Below are positions 25,584 through 36,712 of a DNA stretch of 64,000 bases, in pieces. Below the pieces are notes generated by a model. That model was given only the letters and a program-made list of their open reading frames with translations. It did no database searches and was not told the DNA's origin. The stretch comes from the human T2T-CHM13v2.0 reference genome, Homo sapiens, in the NCBI RefSeq assembly GCF_009914755.1, contig NC_060925.1; one strand, written 5' to 3'. Position numbers and translations under genes: made by a program. Positions within the stretch are counted from its first letter, which is position 1. Each line of letters begins with the position of its first letter.

Positions 25584-26113
25584 TGTTAATTTATGTCTCT
25601 GGCCAACAGACAAGATGGACTCCCAATGGCTACCTGAGGGGCTCAAAGTTAAAACAGAACCAGGCAGCCACAACTGGATGTGGGAGTGGCCACATATTCT
25701 GTTCTCAGAAAGATGGAAAAGTGTCACAGGATCCCCCTTTCTAGAATCAGGTCAATCCAGTCCTTGTTGTGGGTGCCAGGATAAACTGTGGCAGGAATCT
25801 TCACCTTCCTAAGCAGTTCTTTGAAAAAACATCTGAGAGAGACTTTGGGTTTTGGGCTTGGTAATCACCCAATCAGTGCTCAAGTATTTTGGCCAATCAG
25901 AACGGAACATGTCTGAATCTTTCATTTGCATAAATAGACCTGTTTGACACTGAGGAGAGGACTCATCCTATTTAGCCAGACCTTTTCTTTGTGTTTTGAA
26001 GAGCAAACCTTCACTTGTCCTGGAGGTTATGCTTCCCCAGTCTGCAGATTGTTTTTTATGAAAAATAAATGTTTCCCTTTGTCCTCTATAGATGCCATGG
26101 TCTTCTGTTAACA
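25584..26113 (+). mobile_element. ERV1 solo LTR (MER72-like)
   Basis: TGTTAA...TTAACA termini; 'caagatggactccc'; two CCAATCA boxes; octamer ATTTGCAT at 25924; AATAAA near the 3' end. Confidence 0.7.
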
Positions 26114-27582
26114 ATACTATTACTCTGGGCATTTTTTAAATTTTGGATTATTTTGTTAAATTTTCAGGTTGACTCTCTTGGTTTGGAAGTTCACCTCAGT
26201 AATTTACTCCATTGTTCAGATAGCCAGTATTTTTTTTAATGCTCTAGTAATTATATCTTATGCAAATATTATAGAAAGCAATTTCTTTTATGATCAATAG
26301 TTTATTGTGTTCACTGCAGAAAATCTTGCTTATTCCAAAGTAATAAGGAAATCTGCTATGTGGTCTCATACGAGCTTTGTCATTTTGTCAATTAGAATTA
26401 CATCTATTGAACATCTTGAATTCATTTCTTTCTGCATGACATGAAGTAGAGGTTAAGGTACTTTTTCTTTTTTCTCTTCTTGTGGAGCTCTAGCTAATCT
26501 ATTGTTATTTGTTGGGAGAAAATAAACAGATTCTGGTGTATGTACCTACCATCCCAACACAGATTAGTGAAAATAATTAGAATATATTTACAATTTCTTA
26601 AAAGTCCATCAAAAACAACATTGGTTTACAATGAAGCCATAAACATATCTGATGTTTGAGAAATTCCTGGAGGTACTAAAGGAGTTGGAATAAGACCAAT
26701 AGAGAAACAAAGCTGTAGAAAATCTCAGGCACAAACATATGCAAGATCAGACCGTAGAAAGGGAGAAGACAGAGCAACTAAAGGCCTGAAAAATGTGAGC
26801 AATGGAAATCTCCAGCAACTATGTTCCAGGGTAGCGAGGCTGCTCTGCCACTCTCTGCATGCTGTCTCCCCAAGGACTGCAAATTTGGACAGTTCAGACC
26901 TGAGTCAGGTCAGTTTCCCAGGCAATTGTATGTATGTATATAGGTGCGTATATAGGTGCATATGTGTATATGTATGTGTGTAGACTATATTCTGGCACGT
27001 TATTGTAAACTTTGGAAAGGGAGAAAAACTGTGCTCAAAATATATCACATTCAGAAATATACGGCACTCTTCCCACAGTATCTCAAGATGGTAACAGATT
27101 ATAGCCACTAGATAAAGCATCAGCAGATACTCAAACAAAATATTTCATGCACAAAAATAATCATACAAAGTTCTTTGTACAAAACATAAAAAATCTGAGA
27201 AAACAATAAAGCCCAAAGAAAACTTTACAATTAAGTACATTACTCTGGTGAGGGGAATGTTGTATAATTTCATATATGATAAATTTGCATAACAACCATT
27301 TGTATGTTATGAAACAGAACCAATTAGAACCAATTTGAGATCTTGGAAATTCAAAGTCAATTTGTAATAAAACAAAACAAACAAAACTTCAGTAAACAGT
27401 AAGGAAGGCATGCATGAAAAGTTAATGAATAAACAGGGAGATGGAATCAAGGGATTAGTGTCAAAGAAATAGGAGAGAGAAAGTAGGATTTGAAAGTGGA
27501 GACACAGAAAATCGATCTGAAGAGTCAAATGTCTTCTACTAGGAATTCTAGAATTTGAAAACAGATTGGAGTGAACAAACCA

Positions 27583-27775
27583 GGGAAGGGAAGGGGAGGG
27601 AAGGGGAGGAAAGAGGAGGGAAGGGGAGGGAAGGGGAGGGAAGGGGAGGGAAGGGGAGGGAAGGGAAGGGAAGGGGAGGGAAGGGAAGGGAAGGGGAGGG
27701 GAGGAAACAAGGGAAGGGAAAGGGAAGGAAGGGATGGGAAGGGAAAGGAAGGACGGAGAGAGGGAGGAAGGAAGA
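27583..27775 (+). repeat. Polypurine (GGGAA/GGGGA)n microsatellite
   Basis: ~190 bp almost entirely G/A; it accounts for the low-complexity ORFs at 27525-27840. Confidence 0.95.
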
Positions 27776-28031
27776 AATGTGGCATTTCTAAGAGCAGATC
27801 TGATGAGTCTTTGGACTATTATAGACCTACCAAGTGCTGAGAATGAATGAAAACAGAAAACAATAACAATGCCTAGCTACATCCCGGAGTAAATAATTCT
27901 GAATCCCAAGGTTAAAAGAGAATCCCAAGCACTTTATATTTTACCTTATAAGAAAAAGAATACATTATTGTCATGTTTCTCATCAGTGCTGAAAGAAGAA
28001 AAATTAATTCTTTAATTTCTAAAGGAAGATC

Positions 28032-29034
28032 TTGTAGTCTGTTACACACTGCTAAAGTGGAAAACTGTTGAATGAGTATTGACTCTCTATGCAAATTTAC
28101 AACCTTTAAATACTTTCTTATAAAAAATAACACGCCAGAATATAGTCTACACACATACATATACCCATACGCACCTATATACATACATACATGTGTCCAG
28201 GTGCACAACAGAAGATGCATTTCCAACAGCGAGAGACAAAGAGAAAATTGTATAATTAGTGTAGGAGATGCTTGAACATCATTATGGAATATGTGATACT
28301 TATTTTTGATAGACAAAGGAAGAAAGGAATCACTTATCGCTCTTCTGCAGTTATTAATGTGAATACAAAAATTCAAGACTTTCAAATGCATCTTTTACAA
28401 ATGACCACAGTAGCTTTCTCTTGGCATTCATCAAGGATCAAAAACAAACAAAATCAAGGTCAAATTCATCCTGCATATTAAAATGCTCAGTTTCTCGGTT
28501 TCATAACAGCACTGCTGTTTGAGCACTGTGTCTGGTAAATCCTGTACCTTTCTCCTGTAACTAACACACACATCTTATGGCTGATTTTGAGTAACTGTCA
28601 CGCATCTCGTAAACTAACCCTGTCATGTATCTAATTCGACCCATACCTAAAGTTTTTGAGCCCACATTATTCTTGCCTACATTCACAAATTGATATTAAG
28701 CAGTTTGCTTTATTTCATATATGTGTTTATTTATGTGAAGCAGGTTCACAGTCCTCAACAAGTCATGTGAAGCCAATTTATTACTTACAGATAGGCAGCA
28801 GAAGCCTAGGATTTATTGTAGTCTGTTTCACACTGCTGAAGTGGAAAACTGTGGAATGGGTATTGACTCTCTAAGCAAACTGACAACCTTTAAATACTTT
28901 CTTATAAAAAATAACATGCCATGATATAGTCTACACACATACATATACACATACGCACCTATATACATACATACATGTGTCCAGGCGCACAAAAGAAGAT
29001 GCATTTCCAACAGTGACAGACAAAGAGAAAACTG
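28032..29034. repeat. 219-bp direct repeat (28032-28250 and 28816-29034) with an inverted partial third copy at 26927-27004
   Basis: Manual alignment: 16 substitutions, no indels (~93%). Confidence 0.95.
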
Positions 29035-29340
29035 ACCTGTGTTCAGGTCTCCCAAGACTCTGGAGAGCTGCGTATGCCTCACTTGCACCACAGCTGCAGG
29101 ACTCCAGAAAGCAGCTCCACTGGGTCTTACACTCTAGGCTCCCAGGGTGGACTGGGCTAAACTGTTGAACCACATCTTTTTCTAGGGGTTGTTGTTGAGA
29201 CAGAGCCCAGCCTGTTCCAGCCAGTCTCTTATTTCAGAATATTGCATTCCCAGCACATTCTACAGTTATTCTTGAGAACTACGAGTAGAAAAGGAGGGCA
29301 AATGGAGTCCTTCCAAAACCACCCAGAGAACTGTCCTGCA
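28734..29340 (-). mobile_element. LTR47-like ERVL solo LTR interrupted by the duplicated segment
   Basis: 'tgtgaagcaggttcac', 'ttattacttacagataggcagca..gaagcctaggatt', 'cacttgcaccacagctg', 'gcattcccagcacattctacagttattcttgagaactac'. Confidence 0.7.
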
Positions 29341-29568
29341 CTTTAATACCTCAGTAAAAGTTTATTTAAACGTTTTGATTTCCAATGTGAATACTTGACA
29401 AAGAAAAAAATTATAGAAAGACCAAGACCAAATCTTGAGAAGCTTACACCAAAATCATTAAAATAATACGTAAAGAGAATATGATTTAGCTTTAGAATAG
29501 GAAAAGGTTTATTAAGCTTAGGAGAAAAAAAATCATAAAATAGCATGTTGATATATTTGAAATTATAA

Positions 29569-29886
<318 letters not shown>

Positions 29887-30093
29887 AAAATTATAACTTT
29901 TTTACAAAAAAACTGAATCAAATTTAAAGACTACTTAGTAATTATATGCTGAATACAACGTATGTATGTCAGTGGAAGAAATAGCATCCAGGATATTTTT
30001 AAATTTTGTATTATTAAAAAAAGATAAAGAACCTAGTTTTTAAAAAGAGGGCCAGGGTAGAAAGTAAAAACAACATATTAAAACTGGAATGGA

Positions 30094-30366
30094 CACACAT
30101 GTAATCCCAGCACTCTGGGAGGCCGAGGTGGGCAGATCACAAGGTCAGGAGTTCGAGACCAGCCTGACCAACATGGTGAAACCCTGTCTCTATTAAAAAT
30201 ACAAAACTTAGCCGGGCGTAATGGTGCATGCCTGCTACTCAGGAGGTTGAGGCAGGATAATTGCTTGAACCCAGGAGGCGGAGGTTGCAGTGAGCTGAGG
30301 TTGCGCCACTGCACTCCAGCCTAGGTGACAGAGTGAGACTCCGTCTCAAAAAAAACAAAAAAACAA
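30094..30366 (+). mobile_element. AluSg-like, slightly 5'-truncated
   Basis: TSD aaaactggaatgga at 30080-93 and 30367-80; short deletion in the right arm. Confidence 0.9.
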
Positions 30367-31059
30367 AAAACTGGAATGGAACTAATAAAAACAAAGATGT
30401 CCTCAAATACACAATTAGGAAATTCAAATTTAAACAAGTAATTGTAATTCCTTCCTCAGTTTGAGCAAAGCTGAAAGATCTGATGACACCAAAATAGTAT
30501 GAATATAATGTGATATTGTTTCTTTTTCTTGTCCATACACACACAGAAATATGGCTATATCAGAACTGGTAGTTCATAAATCCTTTGTTGTCATTTCAAC
30601 TGCCTTATTTACATTTAGGTTAGATTTTTTAAAAGTACGGGCCAGTCCTTTTTTCCTCAGGTATTTCTGGCTTTTAAAACTTAAAAATCACAAAAAATAT
30701 AAAACATACGCCTACAGAATATCATCTTTCTGTACTTAATACATTGCATTATAATTCAAAACATTTTCAAAAGTTTCACAACTCCCTGTTTATCATTCTA
30801 CAAACGAGAAATATGTAGATATTTGAAGACATGTCTTGATTCATTTATTTATTCAAATTTAATATATCCAGGGATAAAGTATATGCCCCTTTCGAGTTTT
30901 AGTTCATCTTTTTCCTGTCTCATTAAAATGTTCGAAAAAACATTGTATACCTGCAGCCATCATTAATTTACTTCTTTATCTTTCATGATCTTTATAAGAC
31001 TACATCCTGTGCTTATCAGATTAATCACAGGAAAATATCTGCAGGCACACCTTGGAGAT

Positions 31060-31423
31060 TGTATTAGTCCGTTTTCATACTGCTGATAAAGACATACCCA
31101 AGACTGGGTGATTTATAAAGAAAAAGAGGTTTAATGGATTCACAATTCCAACTGGCTGAGGAGGCCTCACAATCATAGTGGAAGGGAGAATGTACCTCTA
31201 ACATGGCTGCAGACAAGAGAGAGAATGAGGGCCACGTGAAAAGGAAAGGCCCTTATAAAACCATCAGATCTTGTGAGACTTATTCACCACCACGAGAACA
31301 GTATGGGGGAAACCACCACCATGATTCAGTTATCTCCCACTGGATCCCTCCCACAACACATGGAAATTATGGGAGCTACAATTCAAGATAAGATTTGGGT
31401 GGCGATTCAGCTAAACCATATCA
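31060..31423 (-). mobile_element. THE1B/C solo LTR
   Basis: tgtattagtccgttttcatactgctgataaagacataccc...aaaccatatca; TSD gagat/gaaat. Confidence 0.92.
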
Positions 31424-32723
31424 GAAATATTGTGGGTTCTGTTCCAGACCACTCCAATAAAGCAAGGATCACAATAAAGTGAGTCCTGTGAAGTTTTTTT
31501 CGGTTTCCCAGTGCATATGAAAGTTATATTTATACTACCTGGTAGTTTATTAAGAGTGCAATACCATTATGTCTAAAAAAAGTACATACTTAGATTTAAA
31601 AATACTTTATTGCTGAAAAATGCTAACAATAATCTTAGCCTTCAGTGACTTCTACTCTTTCCGCTGGTGGAGAGTCTGCCTCTATGTTGATGGCTAATGA
31701 TTAATTAGGGTGGTGGTTGCTGAAGGCGGGGTGGCTGTGACAATTTCTTAAAATAAGACAATGAAATTTACAGCATTCACTCTGCCTTTGATGAGAGGTT
31801 TCTCTGTAACGTGCAATGCTGTTTGATAGCGTTTTATCCACAGTAGATCTTCTTTCAAAATGGGAGTCAATCTTGACTCCAGACCCTCCCATGGCTTTAT
31901 CAACTAAGTTTCTGTAATATTCTAAATCTTTTGTTGTCATTTTAACTATGTTCATGGCATTTTCACCAAGAGTAGATTCTATATCAAGAAACCACTTTCT
32001 TTGTTCATCCATAAGAAGAAACTCTTCATTCAATAAATTTTATCATGAGATTGTAGCAATTCAGTCACATTTTAGGCTTCACTTCTAACTCTTGCTCTCT
32101 TGCTAGTTTCACCCCGTCTGCTGTTATTTCTTCCACTAAAGTCTTCAAGCTCTCAAAGTCATCCATGAGGGTTGGAATAAATGTCTTCTGAACTTCTTCT
32201 AATGTTCATATTTTGACCTCCCCCCATGAATCGTAAATGTGCTACATGGTGTCTAGAATGTTAACTCCTTTCCAGAAGGTTTTCAATTTACTTTGCACAG
32301 ACCCATCAGAGGAATCATAATCTATGGCAGCTATAGCCTGAAAAAAAAATGTATTTCTTTAATACTAATACTTGAAAATTAAAATGACTCTTTGATACGT
32401 GGGCTGTAGAATGGATGTTATGTTATCAGGCATGAAAACATTTGTCTCCTTATACATCTCCATCAGAGCTCTTGGGTGACCAGGTGCAGGGTAAGTGAGC
32501 TGTAATATTTTGAAAGGAATCTTTTTTTCTGAGCAGTAGGTCTCAGCAGTGGGCTTAAAATATTCAATAAACCAATGTGTAAACAGATGTGCTATCATCC
32601 AGGCTTTATTGTTCCACTTACAGAGCACAGGCAGAGTGGGTTTAGCATATCTCTGAATGGCCATAGGATTTTCAAAATAGTAAATGAGCATTGGCTTCAA
32701 CTTAAAGTTACCAGCTGAATCGA

Positions 32724-33717
32724 TGAAGGGGTGGCCTGCCCCTCCACACCTGTGGGTATTTCTCATCAGGTGGGATGAGAGACTGAGAAAAGAAATAAGA
32801 CACAAAGTATAGAGAAAGAACAGTGGGCCCAGGAGACCGGCACTCTGCATACAGAGGACCTGCACCAGCACCAGTCTCTGAGTTCCCTCAGTATTGATTG
32901 ATTACTATTTTCACTATCTCGGCAAGGGGAATGCCTCAGGAGAACAGGGTGATAGTGGGGAGAAGGTCAGCAGGAAAACACATGAGCAAAGAAATCTACG
33001 TCACAAATAAGTTCAAGGGAAGGTACTATGTCTGGATGTGCACGTAGGCCAGATTTATGCTTCTCTCCACCCAAACATCTCAGTGTAGCAAAGAGTAACA
33101 GAGCAGCATTGCTGCCAGCATATCTCGCCTCCAGCCACAGGGCGGTTTTCTCCTATCTCAGAATAGAATGAATGTACGATCGGGTTTTGCACTGAGACAT
33201 TCTGTTCCCAGGGACATGCAGGAGATGGAGGCCTTCCTCTTATCTCAACTGCAAGAGGCCTTCCTCTTTTACTAATCCTCCTCAGCACAGACCCTTTATG
33301 GGTGTTGGGCTGGGGGTCAGTCAGGTCTTTCCCTTCCCACAGGGCCACATCTCAGGCTGTCTCAATGGGGGGAAACCTTGGACAATACCCAGACTTTCTT
33401 GGGCAGAGGTCCCCACAGCTTTCTGCAGTGCATTGTGCCCCTGGTTAATCGAGAATGGAGAATGGCGATGACTTTTACCAAGCATACTGCCTGCAAACAT
33501 ATTGTTAACAAGGCATATCCTGCACAGTCCTAGATCCCTTAAACCTTGATTCCATACAGCACATGTTTCTGTGAGCACAGGGTTGGGGCTAAAGTTACGG
33601 ATTAACAGCATCTCAAGGCAAAACAATTTTCTTAGTACAGATCAAAATGTAGTTTCTTATGTCTTCCTTTTCTACATAGACACAGTAACAGTCTGATCTC
33701 TCTTTCTTTTCCCTACA
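32724..33717 (-). mobile_element. HERV-K(HML-2) 3' LTR (LTR5A/B type)
   Basis: ~994 bp; minus strand starts tgtagggaaaagaaagagagatcagactgttactgtgtc and ends ccacaggtgtggaggggcaggccaccccttca; polypurine tract aaaaagaaaaggggg directly upstream (33721-33735). Confidence 0.95.
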
Positions 33718-34945
33718 TATCCCCCTTTTCTTTTTGACAAAACTGACATCGTCATTATGGCCCATTCTCACTGGTCGCTGTCTCTTCGGAGCTGCTGGAT
33801 ACACCTGTAGACTAACAACAGACAGAACAGGCATACAAGGATTAGTATGAAATTTACAATAGTGGAACTTCTGATGGTTTTAACCCAAGTGACCAGGTTA
33901 AGATTTGCAAGGCCATCAGCAGCTTTCACAATTGCCTCAGTTCCTGACACGAAATTTAAATGGGCTTTGGATGCCTCAAAAATTTGTTCTTTTAATTTTG
34001 AAATGTCTAAAGTAAGATTATCTTCTCTTTCTTGTAGTTGATGTCTAACCATGTCCCAGTGATGCTCAGACTCATTATAGGCTTGGGGTGTAATACAAAA
34101 ATCTGACGTATTCCAGTCACACTGTAACTGAAAAAGATATTCCAAGCTCATGGGCCTATCTCCCATCCAAATGACAGTTTGTCTAAGATCATTAGTTTGG
34201 TTTGCCAATTTTTGATGTATTTGGGTCAGAATTCCACAATTTTGAGGAATTCTTTTGCCAATTATTTACATATTCTGCAGTTTGAAGAGAGGAGTGCAAA
34301 GCAATTCCAGCAGCCGCAGCAGTAGCTGCGACTGCAATAAGGCCCGTAATTACTGCAATCAAAGTAAAAATGAATCTTTTGGATCTAGTTAGAATTCCTT
34401 TTAATACTTCCATTAAAATATGGACAGATGGGGAAGCCTCCCACGGGTGGTCCGTGGACACAGGGATCCACACGCCCTCTCTTGCTCTCACTTGTAGAAT
34501 ATGGTGCTGCCAATTAAAAGTTGAATCAATGTAAGTAAACAATCTACAATTTTCACAGGTTATAGTTTGGGAATCTGGTTTAATAACTATGTTTCCTACA
34601 ACTAGCATATAAGAGGGTTTTACACAACTTTGCAAAGGAATTGTCAGACTGGAATTTAGGTTGATAGTATAATATGGCTTACGATCTCTTGTTCCTATAG
34701 CTTGATTTCCAGACCAAATTCTAATGTGGTGCAAGGCCACAGTAAGCTTCCATAATTCTGGGTGTTCAGGACCAGTAACAGGACTAACTAACTTTGGTTA
34801 AGGTGATGAAATTCCCTTTTCACCCCATTTCCTATGGATAGGGTGATTCTAACCTTCTATAAATCTGGCCATCTTTCAGTTAAATCACTATCATAGGCTG
34901 GATGAATGGGCCAGATGGACGGGACCTGAGAACCTGAGCGAGTCT
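33718..34945 (-). pseudogene. env: HERV-K(HML-2) env remnant (C-terminal SU + TM), frameshifted
   Basis: ORF 34192-34740 has the furin site RSKR and fusion peptide [18 protein letters not shown] 33768-34208 has '[11 protein letters not shown]', 'CDWNTSDFC' and the membrane span. Frameshift near 34225; premature stop at 33768. Confidence 0.95.
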
Positions 34946-35372
34946 CTACCAATAGGATCAGGCTGTCCTTCGAAGCTTTGAAGACAGACCTTGATTTCTA
35001 TCTAGTTATGAAAGTTCTAGATGGCATCTTCTACATTTAGAAAATATAAACTTTCTACATTGAAAATCTGTTGTTTAGTGTAGCCACTTTAATCAATTCT
35101 CTAAGCCAGATCTTCTGGATAATTTGCTGCAGCTTCTCCCTTGCTTCTTCACCTTGCATTTCTATGTTATGGAGGTGGATTTTTTTCCTTAAAGCTCATG
35201 AACCAACCCCTGCTAGCTTCAAACTCTTCTCCTGCAGCTTTGTTACCTCTCTCAGCTTTCATAGAATTGAAAAGAGTTAGAACCTTGCTCTGGACTAGAC
35301 TTTGGCTTAAGGGAATGTCGTGGCTGCTTTGATCTACTCTCCAGACCACTATAACTTTCTCCACATCAGTAA

Positions 35373-35864
35373 TGTTGGAAACAAATGCACAGTGCTGCAA
35401 AGAAGAACCAGTACTGAGATAAAGGATTTCTCAGCAAGGCAAATTTACTTCTGCAGAAGGGTGCTGCCTGCATCAGTCATGATCACAAGAGCACACAGAA
35501 CAAAGGAGAGTAGGAGTTTTTATTCCTAATGCAGATTCTACCTCTGTATCTTTCCCCCATTGGCTGGGGTTGGACCACAGACTCTAAACTAGTCCCGATT
35601 GGCTAATCACTTAAACTTTCTTGGATAAGGCATGTGTGTGATAGAGGAGAGAGGGAGAGGAGGAAGAGGTCACCTGTGGGGGACTAGAAAGCTAACCTAT
35701 TCCACATAAGAAAAGAAATGTGGACTGGGGCTTATCATGTGTAAGCGTGTTTAGACAGGTTACTGTGCAGCAAAAGCTGGGGGTGGGGGGTACTTGGAAT
35801 TTAGAGAATAAAGAACAGGGGAATTGAACAAACTGTTTGAATAGGAATCTAGCTGTATCTAACA
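35373..35864 (-). mobile_element. LTR10-family (HERV-I) solo LTR
   Basis: Minus strand runs tgttagatacagctagattcc...ttgtttccaaca; 5-bp TSD agtaa/aataa within Tigger1. Confidence 0.75.
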
Positions 35865-36572
35865 AATAATAATTCTGTTTTGATTTCTTATCATTCATGT
35901 GTTAACTGTGATAGCAATTTTAATTTCTTTCAGGAACTTTTCCTTTACACTTACAACCTGGCTAATTGTTTGGAAAGAGAGACCTAGCTATTGGTCTGTC
36001 TTGGCTTTCAACATGCCTTCTTCACTAAGCTTCATCATTTGCAGCTTTTGACTTCAAGTGAGAGATGTGTGACACATCCTTTCACCTTTACACTAAGAGG
36101 TCATTTAAGGGCTATTAGTTAACCTGATTTCAATATTGTTGCATCTCAGGGAATAGGGTGTCCTGTGGAGAGGGAAGAGACAGGATAATGGTTGGTTGGT
36201 GGAACAGTCAGAATACACACAAAATTTATGGAGTATGCTCTCTGTTTTATATGGGTGTGGTTTGTTGCATCCCAAAAACAATTACAAGAATAACATCAGA
36301 AATCACAAATCATGGATCACCATAACAGATATAACAATAATTAAAAAGTTTGAAATATTGTGAGAATTACCACAATCTGACATAGCGACATGAAGTAAGC
36401 ACACATTACTAGAAAAATGGCACCGATGGATTTGCTGGTTGCAGGGGTGCCACAAACCTTCAATTTGCAAAATATGCAATATTCATGATGCACAGTAAAG
36501 TGAAGCACAATGAAATGAAATAACAACAAAAATATCAATTTTCTATTGTCACCTTAATGATTTACAGGTTGA

Positions 36573-36712
36573 GACCAGGTGTGTTAGCTTATGCCTCTAA
36601 TTCCAGTGCTTTGGGAGGCTGAGATGGGAGGATCACTGGAGGCTAAAATTCAAGATCAGCTTGGGCAATCCATCTGTCATTAAAAATAAATTAAAAATTA
36701 GCATGGTACACC
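36573..36712 (+). mobile_element. AluJ left arm / FLAM, degenerate
   Basis: 'gtgctttgggaggctgagatgggaggatcact..ttcaagatcagcttgggcaa'. Confidence 0.75.

Larger units (their letters stand above)
31042..36525 (-). mobile_element. Full-length Tigger1 split by three retroviral insertions
   Basis: TIR 'caggcacaccttggaga'. Transposase remnants '[11 protein letters not shown]', 'WNNKAWM..HLFT.WF', 'SILQP', 'LSQSLVQSKVLTLFNSMKAERG..FEASRGWF', 'NEEFLLMDEQRKWFL'. The Tigger1 pieces sum to ~2.4 kb. Confidence 0.93.

Noticed and set aside
27525-27840. Gly/Arg/Glu-rich and Pro/Ser-rich ORFs
   Set aside because: Translations of the (GGGAA)n microsatellite.
27912-28391. 159-aa minus-strand ORF with paralogous text at 28828-29091
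   Set aside because: The similarity comes from the DNA duplication and (CA/TA) low complexity; no recognisable domain.
32365-32871. 168-aa LTR5-Tigger1 fusion ORF as a domesticated transposase
   Set aside because: Covers only part of the DDE domain; neighbouring transposase sequence is broken by stops, frameshifts and insertions.
32724-34945. SVA (SINE-R) or L1-mediated HML-2 retrocopy
   Set aside because: Complete LTR including U5; no VNTR, Alu-like region or poly-A tail.
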